Assembly (NCBI GenBank): GCA_043825875.1
Contig: JBDRRF010000040.1
Location: 1-28,901, forward strand
Source of the DNA: Pseudomonadota bacterium
GTDB lineage: Bacteria; Desulfobacterota; Desulfobacteria; Desulfobacterales; RPRI01
Length of the DNA: 28,901 bases
Direction: 5' to 3'
Part shown: piece by piece, positions 1-9,896 of the stretch
How the letters are laid out: the number at the start of each line of letters is the position of its first letter
How positions within the stretch are numbered: the stretch's first letter is position 1
The notes under the pieces: generated by a model
What the model was told of the DNA's origin: nothing
Database searches by the model: none
The model's input: the letters and a program-made list of their open reading frames with translations, nothing else
Translations under genes and position numbers: made by a program

Positions 1-140
1 CACTTTCAAAACGTTTCAGTTTGGTCAAGCTCAAGGCGGGAGAAAATTTCAACCGCAGGAATACATTAAGTATTTCGAGGATTGAAATTTGAGCCCAACG
101 CAGAGATCGGCCAAAATGGGGCGTTTTGAAACTGGCTCTA
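1..140. mobile_element. MITE/REP-like non-autonomous element with terminal inverted repeats (left end clipped by window edge)
   Basis: TTTCAAAACG (4-13) is the exact reverse complement of CGTTTTGAAA (122-131). A diverged second copy lies at 13321-13450 (CAACCRCAGGAATACAT 16/17 identical). Confidence 0.7.
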
Positions 141-193
141 AATAATGAACTACCGGTTATGAAACAATTGCCTCATAACCAAGGAGAATAGTA

Positions 194-1378
194 ATGAATT
201 TTGAATCAAACCAGGAAGCTATGGATACATTAAACTTATCTGTTAGAAAATTTACAAAATTTCTTCATGATACATCTAAGGCGGTTACAGAACCTTTTGC
301 CAAAGTAAGCCATATGTTTTTTGACATGCCTCAGTTTCTCTATATGCTTAAGATAGAAAGAAAAAGAACCGAGCGATCAAATAAACCATTCATTCTCATG
401 CTGCTTGATATCTCTGAACTGAAAACCAAAAAAGATAAGGATTCTGTTGAAAAAATGAAGCAAATTCTTATTTCCTGTTTAAGAGAAACTGATATTAGTG
501 GCTGGTATGAAGCAAATAAGATTATGGGCGCAATATTTACGGAAATAAATTCAATAAACGAAGCCTCGATAGAAAATATACTTAGAAAAGTATATGACAG
601 CATCAATAAATCAATTGATGTAACCCTGGCAAAAAAAATCAAATTATCAGTACATGCTTTCCCTGAGGCAAATGGCGATTCAAAGATTAATGACGGATTG
701 TTTAATACAACTCTTTATCCTGATCTTTCAAAACAAAGCATTTCAAAACAGGCAAAATCGGTTTTAAAAATGATAATGGATTTTACAGGTAGTTTGTTTG
801 CCCTATTTTTTCTTGCTCCTGTTTTTTTTATTATTGCAATATCCATAAAGCTGACATCAAAAGGTCCGGTTTTTTTCAAGCAGGAAAGAATGGGATTAAA
901 CGGCAAGAAGTTCTCCTTCTTAAAATTCAGATCAATGTATGAAAACAGTGACAGTCAATGCCATAAAGAATATATTGAAAAATTTATCGGGCAGGGTGAT
1001 TCTGATCCAAATACCCCCGGGGTATTCAAATTATGTAATGATTCACGAATTACACCACTAGGCAATTTCCTTAGAAAAACAAGCCTTGATGAACTTCCTC
1101 AATTTATTAATGTGCTAAAAGGAGAAATGTCGCTTGTTGGACCGCGCCCTCCCATTCCTTATGAGTGCGAGCTTTATGATATCTGGCACAAACGCAGATT
1201 GCTCTCCGCCAAACCTGGTATTACCGGGTTATGGCAGGTTACAGGAAGAAGCAGAACTACTTTTGACGAAATGGTTCGCCTTGATCTGAAATATATCAAT
1301 AACTGGTCGTTGTGGCTTGATATTAAACTTCTTCTGAAAACCCCACTTGTAATTCTTACCGGTGAGGGTGCACATTAA
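194..1378 (+). CDS. Priming (polyprenyl-phosphate) sugar transferase with N-terminal degenerate GGDEF-like domain
   Basis: C-terminal Bac_transf motifs KFRSM, LRKTSLDELPQFINVLKGEMSLVGPRP and KPGITGLWQVTGRS after a TM helix. N-terminal ERKRTERSNKPFILMLLDI...LRETDISGWY resembles a GGDEF fold. SD AAGGAG at 181-186. Confidence 0.9.
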   Translation: MNFESNQEAMDTLNLSVRKFTKFLHDTSKAVTEPFAKVSHMFFDMPQFLYMLKIERKRTERSNKPFILMLLDISELKTKKDKDSVEKMKQILISCLRETDISGWYEANKIMGAIFTEINSINEASIENILRKVYDSINKSIDVTLAKKIKLSVHAFPEANGDSKINDGLFNTTLYPDLSKQSISKQAKSVLKMIMDFTGSLFALFFLAPVFFIIAISIKLTSKGPVFFKQERMGLNGKKFSFLKFRSMYENSDSQCHKEYIEKFIGQGDSDPNTPGVFKLCNDSRITPLGNFLRKTSLDELPQFINVLKGEMSLVGPRPPIPYECELYDIWHKRRLLSAKPGITGLWQVTGRSRTTFDEMVRLDLKYINNWSLWLDIKLLLKTPLVILTGEGAH

Positions 1379-1514
1379 CCATAAACCGGGCAGGAGTAAT
1401 CAAGCTTTAGGATTCAAGCATTAAACAAAGTAAAACTCGGGTTAATCAATATTATCCATACCGCCTGAATACGAATCCATGATACAACCTACCCATTTTT
1501 AAAAGGAATATTTT

Positions 1515-2519
1515 ATGATTCACGTTGGTGTAATAGGCTATGGCTACTGGGGCCCTAACCTTGTCAGAAACTTCAGTACTGCCGATGGTTCGGAAGTTTC
1601 TATTGTATGTGATACAAATAACCAGTCTCTTAAGAAAGCTCTCAAAAGACATCCCGGAATTAATACAACCACGGATTTCAAAGAAGTAATTAAAGATCCA
1701 GGTATAGATGCAGTTGTAATAGCTACTCCCGTATTCACACATTATGAACTTGCAAAAATGGCTCTTGAAGAAGGTAAAAATGTATTTATTGAAAAACCCT
1801 TCACATACTCCAGCAATGAGGCCCAGGATCTGGTCGAAATAGCTTTAAAGAAAAATCTTAAAATTATGGTGGATCACACATTTCTTTACACAGGTGCTGT
1901 AAGGAGGATAAAGCAGCTTGTCGATGATAAAGTGCTGGGAAATCTTTACTACTATGACTCAACCAGGGTCAATCTGGGTCTCTTCCAGCATGATGTTAAT
2001 GTGGTATGGGATCTCGCTCCGCATGATATTTCCATAATGCTGTATGTATTAGGTGAAAAACCACAGGCTGTAATTGCCACAGGGGCAGAACACTTTGATC
2101 GAGGTCTGGAAGATGTTGCATACCTCACATTTTACTTTAGTAATAATTTAATAGCACATATTAATGTAAACTGGCTCTCTCCCATAAAGATGCGAACAAC
2201 ACTAATCGGGGGTCAGAAAAAAATGCTTGTCTGGAATGATCTTGAACCTGATGAAAAAATAAAAATTTATGATAAAGGAGTCCAGGTAAAAACAAAAGAA
2301 GGAAAATATAACCTGCTGGTATCCTACCGTTCGGGAGATATGTGGGCACCTAAGATTGATCATACTGAAGCACTTCAACTCACTGTCGATAGTTTTATAA
2401 ATTATTTAAATGGCGGCGGTAAAGTTGAAAATGACGGTGTTGCAGGATATGAAGTGGTAAGAATGCTTGAAGCATCTACTGAATCACTCAAAAACAAAGG
2501 GAAATTAGTGAAGTTATGA
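1515..2519 (+). CDS. Gfo/Idh/MocA family oxidoreductase (WlbA/WbpB-like sugar-nucleotide 3-dehydrogenase)
   Basis: GVIGYGYWG Rossmann motif, FIEKP, WDLAPHD; located next to an acetyltransferase and an aminotransferase. Confidence 0.88.
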   Translation: MIHVGVIGYGYWGPNLVRNFSTADGSEVSIVCDTNNQSLKKALKRHPGINTTTDFKEVIKDPGIDAVVIATPVFTHYELAKMALEEGKNVFIEKPFTYSSNEAQDLVEIALKKNLKIMVDHTFLYTGAVRRIKQLVDDKVLGNLYYYDSTRVNLGLFQHDVNVVWDLAPHDISIMLYVLGEKPQAVIATGAEHFDRGLEDVAYLTFYFSNNLIAHINVNWLSPIKMRTTLIGGQKKMLVWNDLEPDEKIKIYDKGVQVKTKEGKYNLLVSYRSGDMWAPKIDHTEALQLTVDSFINYLNGGGKVENDGVAGYEVVRMLEASTESLKNKGKLVKL

Positions 2520-2995
2520 ATTATCTCTGTATTGCCGATAACGTAATACTTGGAAATGATGTCAAACTTTCAAAATTTATCAACCTTTATGGATGCTCTA
2601 TAGGTGATAATACAAAAATTGGTGCATTTGTGGAAATACAGAAGAATGCTTTTATAGGAAAGAACTGCAAAATATCAAGTCATTCTTTTATCTGTGAAGG
2701 AGTAACCATCGAAGACGAAGTGTTCATAGGCCACAATGTAACCTTTATTAATGATAAAAAGCCACGGGCCACCACTAAAGATGGCAACTTACAGACTGAG
2801 TCCGATTGGAAAGTTGAGCCAACTCTTGTAAAAAGAGGAGCTTCTATAGGTTCGAGCAGCACAATTCTCTCCGATATTACGATCGGAGAATATGCTATTA
2901 TAGGGGCCGGAAGCGTTGTTACAAAAGATGTACCACCGAATGCTGTTGTTGCCGGGAATCCGGCCAAAATACTCAAACAAAAGGTTGAAGGTTGA
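2516..2995 (+). CDS. Hexapeptide-repeat N-acetyltransferase (WlbB/WbpD-like)
   Basis: Left-handed beta-helix hexapeptides, [27 protein letters not shown] overlap with the upstream gene. Confidence 0.9.
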   Translation: MNYLCIADNVILGNDVKLSKFINLYGCSIGDNTKIGAFVEIQKNAFIGKNCKISSHSFICEGVTIEDEVFIGHNVTFINDKKPRATTKDGNLQTESDWKVEPTLVKRGASIGSSSTILSDITIGEYAIIGAGSVVTKDVPPNAVVAGNPAKILKQKVEG

Positions 2996-3001
2996 ATTAT
3001 T

Positions 3002-4111
3002 ATGAAAATACCGTTTCTTGATCTAAAATCTCAATATCTTTCAATTAAAAATGAGGTCGACTATGCAATAAAGCAAGTCATTGATAACTGCGCATTTGCG
3101 GGTGGACCTTTTGTTGAACGCTTCGAAAAGGCCTTTGCGCCTTACTGCCAATGTAAAGAAGCCATTGGTGTTGGCAGCGGAACAGATGCCTTATGGATTG
3201 CCTTGATAGCCCTCGGGATAGGAGATGGCGACGAGGTTATTACAGTACCTGCTTCTTTTATAGCCACAGCTGAAGCCATAAGTTTTAGCGGAGCAAAACC
3301 GGTTTTTGTAGATGTTGATAAAGCTACCTGCAATATGAATCCGGAGCTTATTGAAGCAGCCATTACATCTAAGACAAAAGCCATTATCCCTGTACATCTT
3401 TTCGGTCAGATGGCCGATATGGACCCGATTACAAAAATTGCAAAAAAACATAAGCTGTTTGTAATAGAAGATGCTTGCCAGGCCCATGGGTCGGAATATA
3501 AGGGGAAACGGGCAGGATCAATAGGTGATGCCGGATGTTTCAGTTTTTATCCCGGCAAAAACCTTGGTGCATATGGTGAAGCCGGAGCAGTTGTTACAAA
3601 TAATATCGAATTAGCAGAAAAAATGCGCATCTTTCGTGATCACGGACAGTCAAAAAAATATTTTCATAAAATGATAGGCTGGAACGGACGCATGGACGGT
3701 ATACAGGGGGCCATACTTGAAGTAAAACTTAAATATCTTTCGGCATGGAATGATGCCAGGCGGGAAAAAGCAGGAATTTACAAAGAACTGCTTGAAGATA
3801 CAGAGCACATTTTGCTTCCTGTTGAAACATCACAAACAAAACATGTGTATCACATATATGCAATAAGAACCAAAAAGAGGGATAAGCTTATAGAACATCT
3901 TACAAAAGCCGGTATATCGTGCGGGATTCACTATCCGGTTCCAATACATCTTCAGGATGCATATAAGTCTATGGAACTTGAAAAAGGCAGTTTTCCTGTA
4001 GCGGAAAAATGTGCGGATGAGCTTGTCTCACTTCCCATGTTTCCTGAATTAAACCGGGAACAAATTGAATATGTAGCACATGAAATAAAACGGTTTGCGG
4101 TTGGCAGTTAG
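3002..4111 (+). CDS. DegT/DnrJ/EryC1/StrS PLP-dependent sugar aminotransferase (WlbC/WbpE-like)
   Basis: IEDACQAHG, FSFYPGKNLGAYGEAG (PLP lysine), LSLPMFP-type C-terminus. Confidence 0.92.
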   Translation: MKIPFLDLKSQYLSIKNEVDYAIKQVIDNCAFAGGPFVERFEKAFAPYCQCKEAIGVGSGTDALWIALIALGIGDGDEVITVPASFIATAEAISFSGAKPVFVDVDKATCNMNPELIEAAITSKTKAIIPVHLFGQMADMDPITKIAKKHKLFVIEDACQAHGSEYKGKRAGSIGDAGCFSFYPGKNLGAYGEAGAVVTNNIELAEKMRIFRDHGQSKKYFHKMIGWNGRMDGIQGAILEVKLKYLSAWNDARREKAGIYKELLEDTEHILLPVETSQTKHVYHIYAIRTKKRDKLIEHLTKAGISCGIHYPVPIHLQDAYKSMELEKGSFPVAEKCADELVSLPMFPELNREQIEYVAHEIKRFAVGS

Positions 4112-4210
4112 CGGTTACCGTTTAGCTGTAAGCCGTATAGCGGAGAGTGGGAACTATTTTTTAATGAAAACCGACAACCATTTTTAACCGTAAACCGGAG
4201 ACTGTAAACC
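4091..4210. repeat. Family C heptamer repeats, degenerate: left-arm units overlap the aminotransferase 3' end, right-arm units abut the next start
   Basis: CGGTTTG CGGTTGG CAGTTAG CGGTTAC (4091-4118), then CCGTAAA CCGGAGA CTGTAAA CC directly before GTG 4211. Confidence 0.7.
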
Positions 4211-5251
4211 GTGGCTTCTGCTTTTCAGATTTTAGATCCTGAAAGCTATGAAAAATGGGACGATGAGCTTTCTATGCTTCATCATTGCTCCGTCTTTCAT
4301 TCGATTGCCTGGTCAAAAGTTTTATCCGATTCCTATAATTATATACCATGTTATTTTACATCTTATAATAAAGACGAATTATCGTCTATAGTTCCAATGT
4401 TGGATATAAAAAGTACTATAACCGGACGCAGGGGAGTTTGTCTGCCGTTTACCGATTATTGTGATCCGCTTATTTCAGAAGGCACAAAATTTCAGGATAT
4501 ATTTGATCAGATTATAAAATACGCTGCAAAGCATAACTGGAAGTATATAGAACTAAGAGGTGGTGACAAGTATTTGCCAGATGCAGTTGTTTCTTCCGGT
4601 TTTTTTGGACACCGTATTAATCTTTTACGCAAAGAAAATGAAATATATAAACTTTTAAAAAACACTTTCAAACGAAATATTAAAAAAGCAGATATAAGTG
4701 GCGTAAGTGTTCATTTTTTATCTACACTTGAAGCTATAAAAGAGTTCTACAAACTTAATTGCATAACGAGAAAAAGGCATGGTCTTCCTCCTCAGCCGTA
4801 TCGTTTTTTTAAAAATATATATAAATATATTATATCAAAAGAGCTTGGAATTGTGACTCTTGCATCTTATAATAAAAAATATATTGCAGGAGCTGTTTTT
4901 CTTCATTTTGGCGAAGAAGCCATTTATAAATATGGCGCCTCTAATATAAGGTATCAGAATCTGAGGCCAAATAACCTTGTCATGTGGGAAGCCATTAAAT
5001 GGTATGCCAAAAAAGGTTATAAAAGTCTTTCTCTTGGCAGAACTGAGCCGAAAAACCACGGGCTAAGGCAGTTCAAGCTGGGAATGGGTGCAGAAGAATA
5101 TATAATTAAATATTACCGTTACGATCTTAAAAAAAGTGCATTTGTCAAGGAGCCGGAAAAAGTCAGCCCGTTTCAGGCTAAAGTTTTTGGTAAAATGCCT
5201 GTATTTGTACTTAAAACTATTGGAATGCTTTATTACAGGCATGCAGGATAA
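4211..5251 (+). CDS. FemAB-like GNAT family protein (polysaccharide acyl/aminoacyl transferase)
   Basis: LPFTDYC, RKRHGLPPQPY, RPNNLVMWEAIKW, LGRT...GLRQFK; GTG start. Confidence 0.8.
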   Translation: MASAFQILDPESYEKWDDELSMLHHCSVFHSIAWSKVLSDSYNYIPCYFTSYNKDELSSIVPMLDIKSTITGRRGVCLPFTDYCDPLISEGTKFQDIFDQIIKYAAKHNWKYIELRGGDKYLPDAVVSSGFFGHRINLLRKENEIYKLLKNTFKRNIKKADISGVSVHFLSTLEAIKEFYKLNCITRKRHGLPPQPYRFFKNIYKYIISKELGIVTLASYNKKYIAGAVFLHFGEEAIYKYGASNIRYQNLRPNNLVMWEAIKWYAKKGYKSLSLGRTEPKNHGLRQFKLGMGAEEYIIKYYRYDLKKSAFVKEPEKVSPFQAKVFGKMPVFVLKTIGMLYYRHAG

Positions 5252-5253
5252 TA

Positions 5254-5322
5254 GTTTACGGTTTACGGTTTACAGTTGACAGTTGAGTAAAACCTGACAA
5301 CTGTAAACCGTAAACTGTAAAC
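5254..5322. repeat. Family C inverted heptamer array (29-bp arm hairpin)
   Basis: Arm 5254-5282 versus the reverse complement of 5294-5322 matches 27/29; 11-nt loop. Confidence 0.9.
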
Positions 5323-5379
5323 GCTTAGTTGTAAACTGATACCCGGTTAGTGTAACTGACAGGGCGGAGCTATATATAT

Positions 5380-5590
5380 CGGTTGACAGTTGGCGGTTGT
5401 CAGTTGGCGGTTGACAGTTGGCGGTTGACAGTTGGCGGTTGTCAGTTGACAGTTGACAGTTAACCGTAAACCGCTTTTATCCGTCAACTGTTAACTGTGA
5501 ACTGCAAACCGCTTTTACCCGTGAACCGTAAACCGCTTTTACCCGTCAACTGTTAACTGTAAACTGCAAACCGCTTTTACCCGTAACCCG
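5380..5590. repeat. Family C array: 12 CRGTTRN heptamers, then inverted CYGYNAA heptamers punctuated by CCGCTTTTAY 10-mers
   Basis: Units read directly at 5380-5463. Orientation switches at the GTTAAC palindrome; reverse units run 5464-5590. Confidence 0.95.
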
Positions 5591-5608
5591 ATAAAGGTAT
5601 AAAATTCT

Positions 5609-7300
5609 ATGACTGTTAAAAAAACGATCAGAAAACCCAAAAAAAATGTTAGTGATACGGAAGTTTCAGTTTCTCCGGGTGGTGAAGTCTTCTCTATCCC
5701 CGGCACTGCGGATTACAAAAAAGAATTCACCCGTTTAAAAGCTCTTGTTGCCGGCCAACGAAAAATGAACCGGGAAATAGTAGTTGTAATGGGCGTGGGC
5801 TTCGTAGGAGCAGTAATGGCCGGAGTAATTGCCGATTCTATTGATAAAACAAGCGGCAAACCCGGCAAATTTGTGATCGGTATGCAACGCCCTTCTCCTC
5901 GCTCTTTCTGGAAGATACCATACATGAACCGGGGGATAGCTCCTGTTGAGGCTGAAGATCCCGAAGTTGCTCCTCTTATTGCACGTTGTGTAAAAGAGAA
6001 AAAAAATCTTATTGCAACTTTCACATACGACGCTCTTAGTCTGGCCGATGTGGTTGTAGTAGATGTTCAGTGCGACTATTTCAAGGATACTTTTGGAAAC
6101 TGTCGTGAAGGCCATGCCGAAATAGCCGCGCTAGAAGATAGCCTTAAGGTTATAGGCGAAAGAATCAATCCGGATTGTCTGGTTCTTATTGAAACCACGG
6201 TTCCTCCGGGAACAACTGAATATGTAGCCTACCCTTTAATGAAAAAGGCTTTCGAAAACCGGGGTATCCAGTCCGATCCCCTGCTTTCTCATTCTTATGA
6301 AAGAGTAATGCCAGGGCGTGACTATGTTGCCTCCATCCGTGATTTCTGGAGGGTATGCAGCGGAATAAATGATGCCTCACGCAAACGAGTCGAAAAATTC
6401 CTTACCGAAATATTAAACGTAGATAAGTTTCCTCTTACCGTTTTAGACCGTCCCATAGAAAGTGAAACCTGTAAAATCGTAGAAAACTCTTATCGCGCAA
6501 CAATTCTGGCGTTTCTGAATGAATGGAGTCTTTTTGCCGAAAGAAACGGTGTAGATCTTATAAAGGTTATCAAGGCCATCAAGATTCGCCCGACTCATAG
6601 CAATATTATATTTCCGGGTCCCGGCATAGGCGGCTATTGCCTTCCAAAAGACGGCGGATTGGGAGTATGGTCTTATCATACTCTTATGGGCTTCGACGAT
6701 GATATTTTTAAAATCACACCGCTTGCAATAGATATTAATGATACCCGTTCTCTTCATGCCGCAGAGCTTGTCCGCGATGCTTTAAGAAATATGAGCAAAA
6801 TAGTGGCAGCTTCTAAAGTTGCTGTTTTAGGAGCTTCCTACAGAGAAGATGTCGGAGATACCCGCTATAGCGGTTCAGAAATACTGGTTCGCAAACTCAG
6901 TGAGATGGGCGCGGAAATATGTGTTCACGATCCTTATGTAAAACACTGGTGGGAGCTTGAAAAGCAGGATACCTACCCTGCCCCCGGTCATTCATGGGCA
7001 CGTTTTTTCAGAAATCAGGACAAACTAACCGAAACACACATAGAGCCAAACCTTAAAAAAGTACTTAAGGGAGTAGACGCACTGGTTTTGGCAGTTCGCC
7101 ATCAGGCTTATCTCAAACTTGATCCGGACGAAGTTGTCAAAATGGTCGGCCGACCAACAGCTGTCATCGATTGCTTCGGAATCCTGGAAGACTCGCAAAT
7201 ACAACGTTATTTTGAACTGGGTTGCGAAGTAAAAGGATTGGGCAGGGGGCATATGAAAAGAATAAAAGATATGGTAAAACGGTTACCGGTTGACGGTTGA
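5609..7300 (+). CDS. Nucleotide-sugar dehydrogenase (UDP-glucose/GDP-mannose dehydrogenase family, long form)
   Basis: GVGFVG Rossmann motif, ETTVPPGTT, KIVENSYR, GPGIGGYCLPKD catalytic Cys, GASYREDVGDTRYS. Confidence 0.88.
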   Translation: MTVKKTIRKPKKNVSDTEVSVSPGGEVFSIPGTADYKKEFTRLKALVAGQRKMNREIVVVMGVGFVGAVMAGVIADSIDKTSGKPGKFVIGMQRPSPRSFWKIPYMNRGIAPVEAEDPEVAPLIARCVKEKKNLIATFTYDALSLADVVVVDVQCDYFKDTFGNCREGHAEIAALEDSLKVIGERINPDCLVLIETTVPPGTTEYVAYPLMKKAFENRGIQSDPLLSHSYERVMPGRDYVASIRDFWRVCSGINDASRKRVEKFLTEILNVDKFPLTVLDRPIESETCKIVENSYRATILAFLNEWSLFAERNGVDLIKVIKAIKIRPTHSNIIFPGPGIGGYCLPKDGGLGVWSYHTLMGFDDDIFKITPLAIDINDTRSLHAAELVRDALRNMSKIVAASKVAVLGASYREDVGDTRYSGSEILVRKLSEMGAEICVHDPYVKHWWELEKQDTYPAPGHSWARFFRNQDKLTETHIEPNLKKVLKGVDALVLAVRHQAYLKLDPDEVVKMVGRPTAVIDCFGILEDSQIQRYFELGCEVKGLGRGHMKRIKDMVKRLPVDG

Positions 7301-7349
7301 CAGTTATCGGTTGGCGGTTGACAGTTGACGGTTATCAGTTTCCAGTTGA
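7280..7349. repeat. Family C left-arm array, 10 CRGTTNN heptamers, overlapping the dehydrogenase stop
   Basis: CGGTTAC CGGTTGA CGGTTGA CAGTTAT CGGTTGG CGGTTGA CAGTTGA CGGTTAT CAGTTTC CAGTTGA. Confidence 0.92.
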
Positions 7350-7423
7350 CCAAGCACAAACGACTATATGGTTGCAGGAACTGCAATCGCTCTATATCCG
7401 GGCCATAGACGTTCCATTGGTAC

Positions 7424-7495
7424 CAGTCTGTTAAGAATTTTTCCTCTCAAAAAATTCTTCAAAAAACTCTGAGACTCTGTGCTCTCTGTGAGAGA
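7424..7495 (+). repeat. Family A repeat (AT hairpin plus CTCTGTG x3 core)
   Basis: AAGAATTTTT-cctctca-AAAAATTCTT hairpin at 7433-7459; core 7467-7495; near-identical to 19528-19599. Confidence 0.92.
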
Positions 7496-7544
7496 TAAAA
7501 TAACCATTAAATAACCGTAAACTGCATTAAGGATAATAATTACA

Positions 7545-8840
7545 ATGAATATAACCGTTGCAGGAACCGGATATGTTGGCCTTGTTACAGGAACCGGGTT
7601 TGCAAATTTAGGCAACAATGTAATATGTTTTGATATAGATCAAAAGAAAGTAGACACTCTTTCAAAAGGAGAGCTTACTATATATGAGCCGGGCCTTGAA
7701 GAGATTTTTAAAAGAAATATTAAAACCGGAAGGCTGATCTTTACATCAGATCCCCAAAAAGCTGTAAAAGAATCCAAAATCATTTTAATCTGTGTGAATA
7801 CTCCTTGTAATCATATGCAGGAAGCCGATTTAACCTCGGTAGAAAATGTTGCAAAGCAGATAGGTAAGTTTATGAACGGCTACAAGGTAGTTGTAAATAA
7901 AAGCACGGTGCCTGTCGGAACTGCCGAATTTGTCAGAAATATTATAAAATCAAATCAGAAAAAAAAGATTGAGTTTGATGTGGTTTCAAATCCGGAATTT
8001 TTAAGAGAAGGGGCTGCTGTAAAAGATTTCGAGAATCCGGACAGAATCATAATCGGAACAGACAGCAAAAAAGCTGAAAAAATAATGGTTTCACTTTACC
8101 GGTCTGTCGCAAGAACCGGAAGGCCTATAATGCTTACTGATATAAAGAGTGCCGAAATAATAAAATACGCCGGTAATGCAATGCTTGCAACAAGAATAAG
8201 TTTTATGAATCAGCTGTCTTATTTATGCGATAAAACAGGCGCAAATATCAGGGATGTTTCCAAAGGCCTTGGACTTGACGGCAGAATCGGTCCGCGTTTT
8301 CTGCATGCAGGCATAGGCTATGGTGGAAGCTGCTTTCCCAAGGATGTAAAAGCTCTTATATCTACTTTAAAAAAACATAAATGCGATTCTGATCTTTTTG
8401 AAGCAGTTGACAGAATTAATGAAAAGCAAAAAAGCGTACCGGTAGAAAAACTCAAACCTATTATGAAATTCAAAGGTGCTACAATTGCTGTCTGGGGACT
8501 TTCTTTCAAGCCAAAAACAGACGATATAAGAGACGCTCCATCACTTAAAATAATCGGGGAGCTTCAAAAACTGGGGGCAACAATTCATGCCTATGATCCC
8601 ATTGCAATGGAAAACGCCGGAAAAGTTTTGAAAAAAGTCATACTTTTTGAAAATCCTTATGATGCAGCTAAAAGCTGTGATGCTCTTATTGTTGCAACCG
8701 AATGGGATGAATTCAGAAATATTGATATGAAAACAGTAAAATCGCTTATGAAAAAACCCATCATTGTTGACGGAAGGAATATATACGACCGGGATGAACT
8801 GAAAAAACTTGGTTTCACATATTTAGGAATCGGAAGATAA
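7545..8840 (+). CDS. ugd: UDP-glucose 6-dehydrogenase
   Basis: GTGYVGL, KSTVPVGT, SNPEFLREG, GYGGSCFPKD, GLSFKPKTDDIRDAP, DGRNIY. Confidence 0.93.
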   Translation: MNITVAGTGYVGLVTGTGFANLGNNVICFDIDQKKVDTLSKGELTIYEPGLEEIFKRNIKTGRLIFTSDPQKAVKESKIILICVNTPCNHMQEADLTSVENVAKQIGKFMNGYKVVVNKSTVPVGTAEFVRNIIKSNQKKKIEFDVVSNPEFLREGAAVKDFENPDRIIIGTDSKKAEKIMVSLYRSVARTGRPIMLTDIKSAEIIKYAGNAMLATRISFMNQLSYLCDKTGANIRDVSKGLGLDGRIGPRFLHAGIGYGGSCFPKDVKALISTLKKHKCDSDLFEAVDRINEKQKSVPVEKLKPIMKFKGATIAVWGLSFKPKTDDIRDAPSLKIIGELQKLGATIHAYDPIAMENAGKVLKKVILFENPYDAAKSCDALIVATEWDEFRNIDMKTVKSLMKKPIIVDGRNIYDRDELKKLGFTYLGIGR

Positions 8841-8860
8841 AAGTCAATGCAAGAGGTTAA

Positions 8861-8986
8861 TTTGCAGTGAGAATATTTAGCCGCCGACCGACGCAGACAT
8901 AAACAGACAAAATATCTGCGAACGTCCGCGCTTGTCTGCGGCTAACATGAAGCACATCTGTAAAACCTGCTTTTGTCTGCGGCAAA
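8861..8986. repeat. Family B composite element (left arm TTAGCCGCCGACC..., right-arm 34-mer at 8912-8945)
   Basis: About 125 bp, colinear with 11167-11295. The left arm is the inverse of the 34-mer ATATCTGCGAACGTCCGCGCTTGTCTGCGGCTAA. Confidence 0.9.
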
Positions 8987-8996
8987 TCAAACTATC

Positions 8997-9386
8997 ATGG
9001 ATATAAACGACATAACATATAAGATCAATGGCGCTATATATGAAGTCAATCGTGTTCTCGGTCCGGGCTTCCTGGAAAAGGTATATGAGAACGCCCTGTT
9101 GATAGAACTTCGCGAAACAGGCTTGAAAACGGAAAATCAGGTGCCGGTAGAAGTCAAATACAAAGGTCATAGTGTCGGAAACTACCTTGCAGATTTGTTG
9201 GTTGAGGAAAAAGTAATTATAGAACTTAAAACAGTCGAAAGTATAACCAAATTACATGAAGCGCAATTATTGAACTATCTTAAAGCAACAAATATTAAAG
9301 TTGGGCTGTTAGTAAATTTCCAGAATGTGAAGGCTCAAATAAAAAGAATGGTGTTAGGTTTGCAGGAAGATCATGACAGTTTTTAG
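8997..9386 (+). CDS. GxxExxY family protein (PD-(D/E)XK nuclease-like fold)
   Basis: GPGFLEKVYE (GxxExxY), ADLLVEEKVIIELK, QLLNYLK...GLLVNF. Start moved to ATG 8997 because the paralog at 19611 also begins MDIN and the ORF-track start lies within the repeat. Confidence 0.92.
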   Translation: MDINDITYKINGAIYEVNRVLGPGFLEKVYENALLIELRETGLKTENQVPVEVKYKGHSVGNYLADLLVEEKVIIELKTVESITKLHEAQLLNYLKATNIKVGLLVNFQNVKAQIKRMVLGLQEDHDSF

Positions 9387-9410
9387 TCTGTGTCAGGTCG
9401 ACAGACTAAA

Positions 9411-9485
9411 ATATCTGCGAATGTCCGCGCTTGTCTGCGGCTAAAGATATAATATCTGCGAACGTCTGCGCTTGTCTGCGGCTAA
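9411..9485 (+). repeat. Two tandem family B 34-mers
   Basis: 9411-9444 and 9452-9485 each differ by one base from 8912-8945. They are preceded by a perfect 11-bp stem, 9381-9391/9401-9411. Confidence 0.95.
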
Positions 9486-9495
9486 TATGAAATTT

Positions 9496-9554
9496 AATTT
9501 TTCCTCTCAAAAAATTCTTAAAAATAACTCTGTGACTCTGTGTTCTCTGTGAGA
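9496..9554 (+). repeat. Family A repeat
   Basis: AATTTTTCCTCTCAAAAAATTCTT...CTCTGTGACTCTGTGTTCTCTGTGAGA (core 9528-9554). Confidence 0.93.
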
Positions 9555-9593
9555 AACAAAAAAAGTATTTAATAATTTTAAAATAATACCATA

Positions 9594-9896
9594 ATGCAAA
9601 AAGAACTTACTTATACCAATATAATAAATAGTTTAAAAGCTGAAAAGGACTTTCTTTGCAAAGAATATGGTGTTATTGAAATCGGCTTATTCGGTTCATA
9701 TGCCTTTGGAACTCCAAATAAAGACAGCGACATTGATCTTTTAATTGAATTCAAAGAACCAAAGTTTGAACATCTTGCCGGACTTATAATTTATCTAGAA
9801 AATAAATTTAATAAAAAGATTGAAATAATAAGAAAAAGTAAAAATATCAAAAGCCGGTTTATTCAAGGTATAGAAAATAAAGTTATTTATGTCTGA
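9594..9896 (+). CDS. Minimal nucleotidyltransferase (MNT) antitoxin, MntA-like
   Basis: GLFGSYAFG...DSDIDLLIE (GS plus DxD); overlaps the downstream HEPN gene. Confidence 0.88.
   Translation: MQKELTYTNIINSLKAEKDFLCKEYGVIEIGLFGSYAFGTPNKDSDIDLLIEFKEPKFEHLAGLIIYLENKFNKKIEIIRKSKNIKSRFIQGIENKVIYV

Noticed and set aside
5345..5370. ops/JUMPstart-like element (small hairpin then AGGGCGGAGC)
   Set aside because: It lacks the T of the GGCGGTAG core and lies mid-operon; too weak to call.
7370..7390. GTTGCAGGAACTGCAAT as a duplicated ugd start
   Set aside because: Only about 11 nt match ugd 7557-7567; it is equally explained as a small hairpin.
8973..8996. ORF-track N-terminal extension of GxxExxY
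   Set aside because: The TTG start lies within a B repeat, and the paralog indicates ATG 8997.
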